From Candidatus Azambacteria bacterium (GTDB taxonomy: Bacteria; Patescibacteriota; Minisyncoccia; GWC2-36-17; WO2-46-25), in assembly GCA_016234725.1 (NCBI GenBank), contig JACRAK010000007.1:2121-66120 (forward strand): a DNA stretch of 64,000 nt, written 5' to 3'. Positions 48,744 to 58,460 of this stretch are shown here, one piece after another. Position numbers and translations under genes: made by a program. The notes beneath the pieces were generated by a model. It was not told the origin of the DNA. It ran no database searches and saw nothing but the letters and a program-made list of their open reading frames with translations. Positions within the stretch are counted from its first letter, which is position 1. The number at the start of each line of letters is the position of its first letter.

Positions 48744-49657
48744 TTCTTGTCTTTTTCGTCCCGCTTGGTGTCGTGAAATTTTTTGTGGATCTCCTTGAGC
48801 TTGCTGTCGGTGTAATGCGTGTAGATCTGCGTCGTCGTGATGCTTGCGTGGCCGAGCATCGCCTGCACCGAGCGGATGTCCGCCCCGCCTTGCAAGAGGT
48901 CGGTCGCGAAAAAATGCCGCAGCTGATGCGGCGTCACTTTTTTTACCACGCCCGCTTTCGCGGCGTATTTTTTTATCATCCGCTGGACGGAGCGGGGAGT
49001 GAGGCGCAGATCGGCCTTCGTGTTTTGCTTGATATCGTGGCGCACAAACAGCGCGTCATCGATATCTTCGCGCGCATCGTCATACGCTTTGAGCGCTTCT
49101 TTCGCGCGGTCAGACAAAAACACGACGCGCAGTTTTCCTCCTTTGCCGAGCACCGCGAACTCTCCGGTAGCGAGATTGATGTTTTTGCGGGAGAGCGAAC
49201 ACAGCTCGGACACGCGCAATCCGGTTGAAAATAACGTCTCGAGCATCGCGCGGTCGCGCAGCGCGGTGATGTCATTTCCTTCGGGCGCGCTCAACAGGCG
49301 CTCCATTTCGGCTTGCTCGAGAAAATCGAGCTCGCGTTCGCGCACTTTCCCAAGTTCTATTTTTTCGGGGGCCAATGTTTTTACGTCGCGCTTTTGCAAA
49401 AACTTCAAGAACGAGCGCAGGGCTATCATATAATACGCCTGCGTATTCGCTTTCAGCCGCGCACCGCTATGGTCTTCTTTGCGATGCAAATGAAGCCGAT
49501 AGTTTCGCACGAGTTCGGACGTAATTCCTGCCGGGTTGTTTATTTTTGCGAATGTAATGAAGTGCACAAGATACCGCCGATAATTTTCAAGCGTTTTCGG
49601 CGAGCGGTTTTTTTCTATTTCAAGATATTCAAGAAAATCGTCGATGTATTTTTGCAT
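48740..49657 (-). CDS. Tyrosine recombinase XerC/XerD family
   Basis: TGLRVSEL, GKGGK, HQLRHFFAT, LGHASITTTQIY. Confidence 0.92.
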   Translation of the reverse strand: MQKYIDDFLEYLEIEKNRSPKTLENYRRYLVHFITFAKINNPAGITSELVRNYRLHLHRKEDHSGARLKANTQAYYMIALRSFLKFLQKRDVKTLAPEKIELGKVRERELDFLEQAEMERLLSAPEGNDITALRDRAMLETLFSTGLRVSELCSLSRKNINLATGEFAVLGKGGKLRVVFLSDRAKEALKAYDDAREDIDDALFVRHDIKQNTKADLRLTPRSVQRMIKKYAAKAGVVKKVTPHQLRHFFATDLLQGGADIRSVQAMLGHASITTTQIYTHYTDSKLKEIHKKFHDTKRDEKDKN

Positions 49658-49771
49658 GCTTCTATTATACCCCTCTCCTCTGTTTATAAAAAACAATAAT
49701 GACTTCATTCGCTTATATCCCCCGCGATCACCTTAGTAAGGGCACGATCCACAAACCGTTGATAAAAGCCC

Positions 49772-49813
49772 GTATATGCGTTTTTCAAGCTATCGCTTGA
49801 AAAACGCATATAC
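49772..49813. repeat. Perfect 19-bp-arm palindrome between the divergent xer and rpsO genes
   Basis: GTATATGCGTTTTTCAAGC-TATC-GCTTGAAAAACGCATATAC. Confidence 0.85.
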
Positions 49814-49894
49814 TCATAAAAACACCTCTGCCATACCACCTACCGCCCCGCCTTGCATTATTAAACGATGTGTGATATAGTGCATTTCATTGCT

Positions 49895-50161
49895 ATGATC
49901 CCTACAAAAGAAAAGCAAAAACTCATTAAAGACGTGCAGGTGCACGAAACCGATACTGGATCTCCCGAGGTCCAGATTTCATTGCTTTCCGAGGAGATCG
50001 GTCGGCTGACCGACCATCTCAAAACGCATCAAAAAGACAACCATTCACGGCGCGGGCTGTTGAAAATGGTGTCAAAACGGAAATCGCTCCTCGATTATCT
50101 GAACCATACCGACAAAAAGCGGTACAACGGGATCGTGAAAAAACTCGGATTGCGCAAATAA
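49895..50161 (+). CDS. rpsO: 30S ribosomal protein S15
   Basis: [22 protein letters not shown]. Confidence 0.97.
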   Translation: MIPTKEKQKLIKDVQVHETDTGSPEVQISLLSEEIGRLTDHLKTHQKDNHSRRGLLKMVSKRKSLLDYLNHTDKKRYNGIVKKLGLRK

Positions 50162-50667
50162 TGCCGGTCATCAAACAAAAAAACCAGCGGGTGGGCATTT
50201 TTATCGATGTCCAGAACCTCTATCATTCGGCAAAGAACCTCTATCACGCGCGGGTGAATTTCCGTGAAGTGATCAAAAGCGCGCTCGCACAGCGCCAGCT
50301 CGTGCGGGCGATCGCCTATGTCATCAGCACCGAGTCGGGCGAAGAAAAAGGATTTTTTGAAGCGCTCGCGAAGCTCGGCATCGAAACGAGGGAAAAAGAA
50401 CTGCAGACATTCTACGGCGGCGCCAAAAAAGGCGACTGGGATGTCGGCATTACCGTCGATGCGCTGCGCATCGCACCGGCGGTGGACGCGGTCGTCATAT
50501 GTTCGGGGGACGGTGATTTTCTGCCGCTCATCGAACAGCTCAAAAGCATGGGCAAGCAGGCGGAAGTGGTGGCGTTCTCAAAGAGCGCGTCGTCGAAACT
50601 GCGAGAGGAAGCCGATGATTTCGTAGACCTGTGCGCCGATCAGCAAAAATATCTTTTCCGGAAATAA
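50161..50667 (+). CDS. NYN (LabA/DUF88) domain protein
   Basis: FIDVQNL, KGDWDV, SGDGDF, ADDFVDL. Confidence 0.9.
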   Translation: MPVIKQKNQRVGIFIDVQNLYHSAKNLYHARVNFREVIKSALAQRQLVRAIAYVISTESGEEKGFFEALAKLGIETREKELQTFYGGAKKGDWDVGITVDALRIAPAVDAVVICSGDGDFLPLIEQLKSMGKQAEVVAFSKSASSKLREEADDFVDLCADQQKYLFRK

Positions 50668-50948
50668 AGGCCGGCGTTTTGTGCGCTATCGGCTCATTCT
50701 CGCGCTTTTCTTTTATTTTTATCTTAACGGAAGTGCAGCCCTTCATTATTTTTTATATACAAGGGCGTGAATGGATTAAAATAAAAGAAAATCGCGAGGA
50801 TGAGCAGAAGAGTCTGTTTAAAAAAATAATTAAAAATAAGTAACGTCGCGGCGGGAGCAGAAGCCCAAATACAAAACCACAGCGTGAAGAGCGTTTTACC
50901 TTGTGGCTTTGGATTTCGGGATTCGATCTCTCTGCGAACACAAAATAC

Positions 50949-53066
50949 ATGGAAACGAAAGAATTTTCGCTCGCCCTTGGCAATAAGGCCATCGTCGTGC
51001 GCAAAAACTCGCTTGCGGGGCAGGCGAACGGGTCGGTGCTCGTCTCGTGCGGCGACACGGTGGTGCTCGCGACCGCGGTCATCAGCAAGAACGCAAAAGA
51101 AGGCATTGATTATTTTCCGCTCTCGGTTGAATACGAGGAGCGGTTTTACGCTGCGGGAAGGATCCCCGGCTCCCGGTTCATCAAACGGGAAACGCGGGCA
51201 TCACAGGAAGCAATCCTTACCGGCCGGCTTATCGACCGCACGCTTCGCCCGTTGTTTGATTCGGCGGTCCGCAATGAAGTACAGGTCATCGTGACCGTGC
51301 TTTCGATCGACCATGAAAACGACCCTGACGTGATCTCTATGGTCGCGGCATCTGCCGCGCTTGCCACCTCGAACATCCCATGGGCAGGCCCTATCGGCGC
51401 CGTGCGCATCGGGCGCGTGGACGGAACGCTTATTCTCAATCCGACATACGCGGAGCGGGAAAAGTCAGATATGGACATCGTGGTCGCGGGCATTCACGGC
51501 AGAGTAAATATGCTCGAGGGAGATGCCGCCCAGGTCGCGGAAGCAACGATCGTTGAGGCGATCACGCTTGCGCAAACGCATGTTGAAAAACTCATCGCGT
51601 TCCAAAACGATATCGTGAAAGCGATCGGCTCACAAAAGATCGCCGTTCCTGCAAAAGAAATCGATAAAGCATTCGTCGCATTCGTTGAATCGATCGTCCG
51701 CGCGGAGCTTGAAGAGATATTGTATCAACCGCACAAGCAAAAAAGATTGGACGCGCTCAATACGCTCAAAGATGCGCTCGCAGAAAAAGTCGCGCTCCAC
51801 TATCCTGATGACGCAAAGAAAGGAAAAGAAGCGATGAATTTGTTTGAAGAACTCATCAATGCGATCGTCCACGAAAACATTATTCATAAAGAGAAAAGGC
51901 CCGACGGAAGAAAGACCGACGAATTGCGGCATCTTTCAAGCTATGTTTCTTTTTTACCTCGTACGCACGGTTCCGGTATTTTCGTCCGGGGAGAAACACA
52001 GGTGCTTTCAGTGCTCACGCTTGGCGCTCCCGGCGACCAGCAGGTCATCGACACGATGGAAACAAAAGACGGCATGAAGCGCTTTATGCATCACTACAAT
52101 TTCCCGCCGTATTCGGTAGGAGAAGTAAAACCGTTACGAGGCCCGTCGCGGCGCGACGTTGGACACGGCGCACTTGCGGAACGCGCGCTTGCTCGTCTTA
52201 TCCCTCCGCAAATTGAATTTCCCTACACCATCCGCCTGGTCTCTGAAACACTGTCGTCCAACGGCTCATCGTCTATGGCATCGGTGTGCGCTTCGACGCT
52301 TGCACTTATGGACGGCGGGGTGCCGATCAAAGCGCTCGCGGCAGGCATCGCCATGGGCTTGATGTCCGATGACAAGGGAAACTATAAAGTGCTCACCGAT
52401 ATCCAGGGACCCGAAGATCATCATGGCGATATGGACCTGAAGGTCGCGGGGACAGAAAACGGCATCACCGCCTTACAGATGGATGTAAAAGTAGATGGGG
52501 TTACTATTGCGATCCTGGGCGAAACCTTCGCGCAAGCCAAAAAAGCCCGGCTTGAGATATTGTCGGTAATGAAAACCGCGCTTCCCGCGCCGCGCTCCGA
52601 GCTTTCCCAGCACGCGCCGCGCATTATTACGCTTCAGATCAACCCTGATAAGATCAGAGATGTTATCGGCCCCGGCGGCAAAGTGATCAACGAGATCATC
52701 AACTCGACCGGCGTATCCATCGACATTGAAGACGACGGTTCGGTATTCATCACCTCGGTCAACCAGGACTCGGCTCAAAAAGCGGTCGAATGGGTGAAAA
52801 ACCTCACCAGAGAGGCGAAAGTCGGCGAAGTATTCCAGGGCAAGGTGACGCGCATCATGGCGTTCGGTGCTTTTGTGGAGATCTTCCCAGGCACCGAAGG
52901 GCTCGTGCACGTATCGCAGCTCTCCGACAAATACGTAGGACATCCGGACGAAGTGGTGAAGATCGGCGACATCATCCCCGTCAAGCTCGTCGAGATCGAC
53001 TCGCAGGGGAGAATGAACCTCTCGCACAAAGTGCTGATACAAGCGGAGCAACGAAAGGAACAATAG
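50949..53066 (+). CDS. pnp: Polyribonucleotide nucleotidyltransferase
   Basis: RLIDRTLRP, HYNFPPYS, SNGSSSMAS, GDMDLKVAG, KH and S1 domains. Confidence 0.97.
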   Translation: METKEFSLALGNKAIVVRKNSLAGQANGSVLVSCGDTVVLATAVISKNAKEGIDYFPLSVEYEERFYAAGRIPGSRFIKRETRASQEAILTGRLIDRTLRPLFDSAVRNEVQVIVTVLSIDHENDPDVISMVAASAALATSNIPWAGPIGAVRIGRVDGTLILNPTYAEREKSDMDIVVAGIHGRVNMLEGDAAQVAEATIVEAITLAQTHVEKLIAFQNDIVKAIGSQKIAVPAKEIDKAFVAFVESIVRAELEEILYQPHKQKRLDALNTLKDALAEKVALHYPDDAKKGKEAMNLFEELINAIVHENIIHKEKRPDGRKTDELRHLSSYVSFLPRTHGSGIFVRGETQVLSVLTLGAPGDQQVIDTMETKDGMKRFMHHYNFPPYSVGEVKPLRGPSRRDVGHGALAERALARLIPPQIEFPYTIRLVSETLSSNGSSSMASVCASTLALMDGGVPIKALAAGIAMGLMSDDKGNYKVLTDIQGPEDHHGDMDLKVAGTENGITALQMDVKVDGVTIAILGETFAQAKKARLEILSVMKTALPAPRSELSQHAPRIITLQINPDKIRDVIGPGGKVINEIINSTGVSIDIEDDGSVFITSVNQDSAQKAVEWVKNLTREAKVGEVFQGKVTRIMAFGAFVEIFPGTEGLVHVSQLSDKYVGHPDEVVKIGDIIPVKLVEIDSQGRMNLSHKVLIQAEQRKEQ

Positions 53067-53133
53067 GCATTGGCTTTGATGAGTGTGGAAAAGGCCGCGG
53101 GATGTTATCCGAGGCCTTTTTCTTTTTCCCTGC

Positions 53134-53211
53134 TTATTTTACGCAGAGAGGGCATGTGCCTGCGCCGGCGCAGGCAGTGCAACTGATACCACAACCATTC
53201 CCTTTCTTCAT
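53134..53211 (-). CDS. 25-aa Cys-rich mini-protein MKKGNGCGISCTACAGAGTCPLCVK
   Basis: GGAGGTG SD 3 nt before ATG; five Cys; hairpin at 53090-53120 downstream. Confidence 0.5.
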   Translation of the reverse strand: MKKGNGCGISCTACAGAGTCPLCVK

Positions 53212-53345
53212 GCTCACCTCCGTTGGTGACAAATAAGCCTGTTGCCTCCATGACAACAAGCATTCGCCGTCAGAAAAGAGAACATAAATACATATATGTA
53301 TTATACGCGCTTTTTCCTGCAAAAGTATCTATATCCGCATAAAAG

Positions 53346-53391
53346 TTATCCACAATTTACCTATTGACGCGCTTCATGGTTTTGCTATACT
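53346..53391 (+). promoter_or_regulatory. DnaA box plus sigma70 promoter
   Basis: TTATCCACA 53346-54; TTGACG 53364; TG-C-TATACT 53383-91. Confidence 0.7.
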
Positions 53392-53542
53392 AACAATATT
53401 GAAACATTAAGTTTCGATAAAAAAGCTTTGTAGCGGCTTAAAGCTACTAGAAATTCTTGGAGATCATAAGATCTCCATTCCAAATAAAAGTCCAAAGCTT
53501 CGGCTGAGGACTTTTTCATTTATGCCGCCGCAGTAGTTATTG

Positions 53543-53651
53543 ACCCCGTTACAAGCTCGTCGATGGCTTTTTTCAGAAAGCGCTAAGGCGAAGCCGCCTT
53601 ACGGCTTATGCTCGTTGAGAGAAAATGCCTGATATAAGCTTGTAACGGGGT
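53543..53651. mobile_element. MITE-like element with 15-bp TIR
   Basis: ACCCCGTTACAAGCT...AGCTTGTAACGGGGT; partial second copy at 63496-63564. Confidence 0.7.
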
Positions 53652-53796
53652 TGACTTATTGCGTAAATAACCTTTATTATGCATGTACCGTGGTGGCCAA
53701 AAGCCACCACCCAACTGAGGAGGGGACATAATCCCTTCACCTCAAAAGCTCCCTACCACAAGTCGGGAGCTTTTTATTATCCCCCTGTCGGGAAAG

Positions 53797-53843
53797 TTAT
53801 CCACAGGATATGCCTTTGACCGCCCTTCGCACGGTGGTATAAT
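53797..53843 (+). promoter_or_regulatory. DnaA box plus sigma70 promoter
   Basis: TTATCCACA 53797; TTGACC 53816; TG-G-TATAAT 53835-43. Confidence 0.7.
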
Positions 53844-54072
53844 AAGTTCAACGAGAGATTGAGATCACTGTTATCAATATCGATCAAAAGTTTCTCGTAG
53901 TACCTTAAAAACAAGAACTGGCTCCTTTCTGAGCTAGAAAAAATAAATAGACCCTGAATTCTCTAAATTTTCAACGCATTATACACAGAGATCTCGGGGT
54001 CTTTTTTTATTATGTGAAAAACGGTATTATGAAGACAGGCCTACTGCCTGATAATTGCAGTAGATCCAACAT

Positions 54073-55308
54073 ATGAACCAAGACAACAAAATAGGACAGG
54101 GAGCTCCATCGACAAGCGGCGCGCCGGGCGAACTGCCGGTCGTCGGTGAAAAGAAATTTTTTACGCATACGATGCAAGAGGACGTTATGAGGGCAAAAAT
54201 GGACCCCGCGTCATTTGCAAAAGAAATAGCGGCAAAAAAGCCGTTTTCAGAATACATTCCTCCCGTGTCCGCTCCCAAAGAGCCGGAGATCGCCGATAGG
54301 TTCAGGGAACCGATCGAAGGCCTCCCTGACCGTGACCAGCCGTTCCCGCTTCCGGATACAAAAACTGAAAGGGAAGGCGACCAGCCGTTCCAAATACGCA
54401 TTCCTCAAAAACGCGGCGCGACCAGCGCGACCACGATCATGTTAGCGGTTGTGCTTTTGGTGCTTGTTGCGGGCGGCGGCGCGGCATATTGGTGGTTCTT
54501 CATGCGAACCCCCGCAGCGGAGGTTATCGTGCAAATACCTGAACAAAAAGCCGCTCCGCAGCCACAACCCGCACCGGTTATTCCCGTTCAGCCGGAACCC
54601 GAGCCTGAGCCGGAACCGCAACCAGAGCCCATCGCCACCACTACCGAGCCCATCGTGATGCCGGAGCCCGTTGCGACCACAACCCCGCCCGTGGTAACTC
54701 CGCCGCCCGCGCCGATACAAACCCCTGAACCGGCGCTTCCGGAGGCGGTCATTACGCTTGACCGCACTGCGATCATAGAGGTCGCAAAACTCGATAAGGC
54801 GCTTTTACTTGAAGCAATGGCCGCAGAGAATATAAAAATAACGGAAGGAAAAGCAACGATCCGTTACGCGGTAAAGCTTGTTACGGGATCGGAAAAAAGA
54901 TTTTTGACCGGCAATGAAACAGCACAGCTCCTGGAGCTTTCGGTGCCCGCCGATCTTTCGAAGCTCATGAACGCATCGGAGCTTATCGGGTATAAAAGCG
55001 GCGCGTCGTTCCGCTACGGCTTCGCGAGCGCGATCCAGGACAAAACAAACGTAAAAAATGCGGCGATTGCATGGGAACGCGCCATGCTTGATGATCTTGC
55101 CGCGTTGTACATCGAAAAAGCGTATCAAAAACCAGCAACCATCGCGTTCTCCACCAACACATACTTCGATTTCTACAAGCGCTTCATCAATATGCCGCAG
55201 CCGGACGTTTCATTTGACTGGGCGGTGTCTCCCCGCTATTTTGTCATCGCAACGTCAAAAGAAATGATCTACGCGGTACTCGACAAAGCGCGCCAGCCCG
55301 GCAAATAA
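54073..55308 (+). CDS. Membrane-anchored protein with Pro/Glu-rich linker
   Basis: TM LAVVLLVLVAGGG; PEPEPEPQP region. Confidence 0.8.
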   Translation: MNQDNKIGQGAPSTSGAPGELPVVGEKKFFTHTMQEDVMRAKMDPASFAKEIAAKKPFSEYIPPVSAPKEPEIADRFREPIEGLPDRDQPFPLPDTKTEREGDQPFQIRIPQKRGATSATTIMLAVVLLVLVAGGGAAYWWFFMRTPAAEVIVQIPEQKAAPQPQPAPVIPVQPEPEPEPEPQPEPIATTTEPIVMPEPVATTTPPVVTPPPAPIQTPEPALPEAVITLDRTAIIEVAKLDKALLLEAMAAENIKITEGKATIRYAVKLVTGSEKRFLTGNETAQLLELSVPADLSKLMNASELIGYKSGASFRYGFASAIQDKTNVKNAAIAWERAMLDDLAALYIEKAYQKPATIAFSTNTYFDFYKRFINMPQPDVSFDWAVSPRYFVIATSKEMIYAVLDKARQPGK

Positions 55309-55319
55309 CGCACCGCGGC

Positions 55320-56252
55320 ATGGGCGACACCCGTCATTCCATACTCTCACTCCTCGCGCTGGCACATGCGGAATCGCTGCCGGCGCTTTCGTTTACCGAC
55401 ATCTGCGCGCTTCTGCCCGTATCGAGCGCAAAGACCGCCGCACCCGAAGAAATAACATCTGTTCTTGCTCGCCTCGAAAAAGAGTGGGTTGTTGCCGCGC
55501 GCGACGGCTGGTATGCGCTCATGAAGCCGCCCGATACGGATGAAATACGGCGGCGTGCCGATATATCGCGCCAAAAGATCGCGCGCAACCGCTTTTTCTT
55601 TTTGCTTATGCAGGCGGTCCCGTTTGTGGAAGCTGCGGCGATCACCGGCTCGGTGTCGATGGAAAATGCGAATGAAAAAAGCGATATTGATATTCTCTGC
55701 ATCGTCAAAAAAGGGAGAATGTGGACCGCGCGGATACTGCTGCTATTTCTTGCGGAGCTGTTCGGCAAACGGCGCGACCACAAACGCTATTCAGACAAAG
55801 CATGCTTTAATTGTTTTGCCTCAAAAGACGCCTCGTTCCCTTTCCACAACATCGCCGCCGCGCACATGCTTGCGCGCGCGCTCCCTCTTTTTGGAAGCAA
55901 ACCGCTTGAAACATTTTTTACCACGAACGCATGGACACAAGAATACGTATCGCGCCCTACACGCACGCCGCTCATCCCCGCATCCCGCGCATTGCGCGCC
56001 GTTTCTGCGTCAACCGTATGGCTCCTTTCGGGAAGCGTTGGCAATGCGCTTGAGCGCGCGCTTGCGCGATGGCAAATAGATCGCCTGCGCCGCAAGGTGA
56101 AACAGGGAAGCGACGCTTCGGGCCTCGTGCTTCGCGATGATATCGTGACGCTCTATTACCCTGACATCAAAAACAAAGCGGTCATGGCGCTCTATACCGA
56201 TACAATAAATACTTTGGATTACGAAATGTCAGATTCGAGGCGCGCCGAGTAG
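55320..56252 (+). CDS. Pol-beta-fold nucleotidyltransferase-like protein
   Basis: TGSVSM...KSDIDIL. Confidence 0.7.
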   Translation: MGDTRHSILSLLALAHAESLPALSFTDICALLPVSSAKTAAPEEITSVLARLEKEWVVAARDGWYALMKPPDTDEIRRRADISRQKIARNRFFFLLMQAVPFVEAAAITGSVSMENANEKSDIDILCIVKKGRMWTARILLLFLAELFGKRRDHKRYSDKACFNCFASKDASFPFHNIAAAHMLARALPLFGSKPLETFFTTNAWTQEYVSRPTRTPLIPASRALRAVSASTVWLLSGSVGNALERALARWQIDRLRRKVKQGSDASGLVLRDDIVTLYYPDIKNKAVMALYTDTINTLDYEMSDSRRAE

Positions 56253-56336
56253 AGAAGCCAAAGCTGTACTTATGTAGTACTGCGAGGCGAGACACGGAGG
56301 CGGAACGAAGAAAATGGCGTTTCGCAATGCAAAGTA
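56210..56336. mobile_element. MITE-like element with imperfect 22-bp TIR, bounded by TA
   Basis: TACTTTGGATTACGAAATGTCA vs reverse complement TACTTTGCATTGCGAAACGCCA (18/22). Confidence 0.55.
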
Positions 56337-56376
56337 AAAATTGATTTTTGAATAAAGCGGCAGTATACTATTTTAT

Positions 56377-56745
56377 ATGGAACGATCACGCATCACGCAC
56401 TTCAAAGAGCAATTGTTGAAAGAAAAAGAACAGCTTGAGGGCGACTTGAACGAATCCGCGACAAAAGACGACGGCCACTGGGAAACAAAGCGCCAGCCCT
56501 TCGACGAAGCGGGGCGATTTGATGAAGAAGAGCGCGCCGATGAAGTGGAGGAATACGAAAATGAAACTTCCATCGACCGCCAGCTTGAAACGCGCCTCGA
56601 GGACATCACTGGTGCGCTTCATAAAATAGACGCCGACACGTACGGCATCTGCGAACGATGCGGGAAGGCGATCGATGAAACGCGCCTTACCGCAAACCCC
56701 GCGGCGCACACGCATGTTCACTGCAACACAGCGAGTAGAACGTAG
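56377..56745 (+). CDS. DksA/TraR family zinc-finger protein
   Basis: Coiled coil, ADEVEE, YGICERCGKAI..RL..P. Confidence 0.85.
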   Translation: MERSRITHFKEQLLKEKEQLEGDLNESATKDDGHWETKRQPFDEAGRFDEEERADEVEEYENETSIDRQLETRLEDITGALHKIDADTYGICERCGKAIDETRLTANPAAHTHVHCNTASRT

Positions 56746-56820
56746 CGAGTGGCGAGTAAAAAACATCATGCGCGCCTACTTCCTACTCCCTACTCGCTAA
56801 TTTCTAGCCTCTATCCTCCT

Positions 56821-58350
56821 ATGCCTGCAAAAGTTTTCTCTGCGACGCTCTGTGGGATCGACGCGAACATTATCACGGTGGAGACCGACATTTCGCACGG
56901 TCTCCATTGTTTTACCATTGTCGGCCTGCCGGACCAATCCGTCGGGGAGTCAAAGGACCGCGTCAACGCCGCGCTGAAGAATTCGGGATTTCAATACCCT
57001 AAAAAGACCAATCAAAAGATCGTCGTCAATCTCGCGCCTGCCGACGTTAAAAAAGAAGGATCGTCATACGACCTCCCTATTGCGCTCTCCTATCTTGCCG
57101 CATCCGACCAGCTTCGCTTTGACCCGAAAAAGAAACTTTTTGTAGGGGAGCTCGCGCTTGATGGAGGCGTGCGCCCCGTCCACGGCGCTCTTGCGATCGT
57201 CGCGCAGGCAAAGCGCGACGGATTTTCAGCTGTCGTTCTGCCGGCACAAAACGCAGAGGAAGCGCGCCTGATCTCGGGCATCACCATTATACCGGTCGCC
57301 ACTATTGCGGAGTGCGCCGACTATCTTTTGCACGGCACCGTCCCGGAACACGAAAGCACGCGTGAAGCCGACACGCTGCCCGCAAACGAAGCGCGCGATG
57401 CCGATGCGCTTGATTTCGCGCATATCAAAGGACAAAACCAAGCCAAGCGCGCCCTTGAGATCGCGGCGGCGGGCGGCCACAATGTGCTTTTATCCGGCCC
57501 GCCGGGAACGGGAAAAACAATGCTCGCAAAAGCGACCGTTTCCATCCTTCCTGAAATGGGAGAGGAAGAGATCATTGAAACAACAAAGATATACAGCATC
57601 GTCGGCCTGCTTGGCGCGCGCCATGCGATGACCGAACGCCCGTTCCGCTCGCCGCATCATTCCGCGTCCGACATCGCGCTCATCGGAGGAGGAAAGACCG
57701 CAAAGCTCGGCGAGATAACGCTTGCACACAACGGCGTGCTGTTTCTGGACGAATTCCCGGAGTTCCCGCGCGATGTCATTGAGGCATTGCGCCAACCGCT
57801 TGAAGATAAAACGATCACGGTGTCGCGCGCGCACGGCTCTTTTTCCTACCCCGCCAATTTCATTCTCATCGCCACCAAAAACCCGTGCCCCTGCGGGTAT
57901 TACCGTTCTGCCCAGCGCGAATGTTCCTGTTCGATGGCAACCATCATCAGATATCAGAAAAAGATCTCCGGCCCGATCGCCGACCGCATCGACATCCATG
58001 TTGAAGTGCCCTCAGTCACCTATGAAAAGCTCACCGAGGAATCCTCTGACCGCGAGAGCGCGCGCATACAAGCGCGCGTGTCGCGCGCGCGAGAGCTCCA
58101 GCGCGAACGGTTTGCAAAAACAGCGATCGCGCGCAACGCCGACATGTCCGCCGCGCACATAAAAAAGCACTGTTCGCTGGACAGCGCTTCGCTTGCGGTC
58201 CTTAAAAACGCGATGGAAAAATTAAATCTTTCTGCGCGCGCGTTCCACAAGATCATCAAACTTGCGCGCACGATCGCAGACCTTGAAGAAGCGCCGCACA
58301 TCCTCCCCACGCACATCGCGGAAGCCCTGCAATACCAACAAAGAACGTAG
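56821..58350 (+). CDS. comM: ComM/YifB Mg-chelatase-like AAA+ ATPase
   Basis: IVGLPD, NLAPAD, GPPGTGKT, PFRSPHH, FLDEFPEF, NPCPCG. Confidence 0.93.
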   Translation: MPAKVFSATLCGIDANIITVETDISHGLHCFTIVGLPDQSVGESKDRVNAALKNSGFQYPKKTNQKIVVNLAPADVKKEGSSYDLPIALSYLAASDQLRFDPKKKLFVGELALDGGVRPVHGALAIVAQAKRDGFSAVVLPAQNAEEARLISGITIIPVATIAECADYLLHGTVPEHESTREADTLPANEARDADALDFAHIKGQNQAKRALEIAAAGGHNVLLSGPPGTGKTMLAKATVSILPEMGEEEIIETTKIYSIVGLLGARHAMTERPFRSPHHSASDIALIGGGKTAKLGEITLAHNGVLFLDEFPEFPRDVIEALRQPLEDKTITVSRAHGSFSYPANFILIATKNPCPCGYYRSAQRECSCSMATIIRYQKKISGPIADRIDIHVEVPSVTYEKLTEESSDRESARIQARVSRARELQRERFAKTAIARNADMSAAHIKKHCSLDSASLAVLKNAMEKLNLSARAFHKIIKLARTIADLEEAPHILPTHIAEALQYQQRT

Positions 58351-58388
58351 AACATAGCGAGTAGAACGTAGGACAAACACCAAAAAAC

Positions 58389-58415
58389 AAAAACGGGGCT
58401 TCCACCCGTTTTTTT
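58389..58415. terminator. Bidirectional terminator
   Basis: AAAAACGGG-GCTTCCA-CCCGTTTTT between convergent genes. Confidence 0.75.
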
Positions 58416-58460
58416 CTACTCGCTACCCCCTACTCCCTACGTTCTACATTCTGTGCGCCC

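Noticed and set aside
48740-49657. Integrase of a pilus genomic island or prophage
   Set aside because: Looks like a housekeeping XerC/D-type enzyme; no att repeats or phage structural genes seen
53300-54050. Replication origin
   Set aside because: Only two DnaA boxes 450 bp apart, each tied to a promoter; others are scattered (11740, 59786); no dnaA/dnaN nearby
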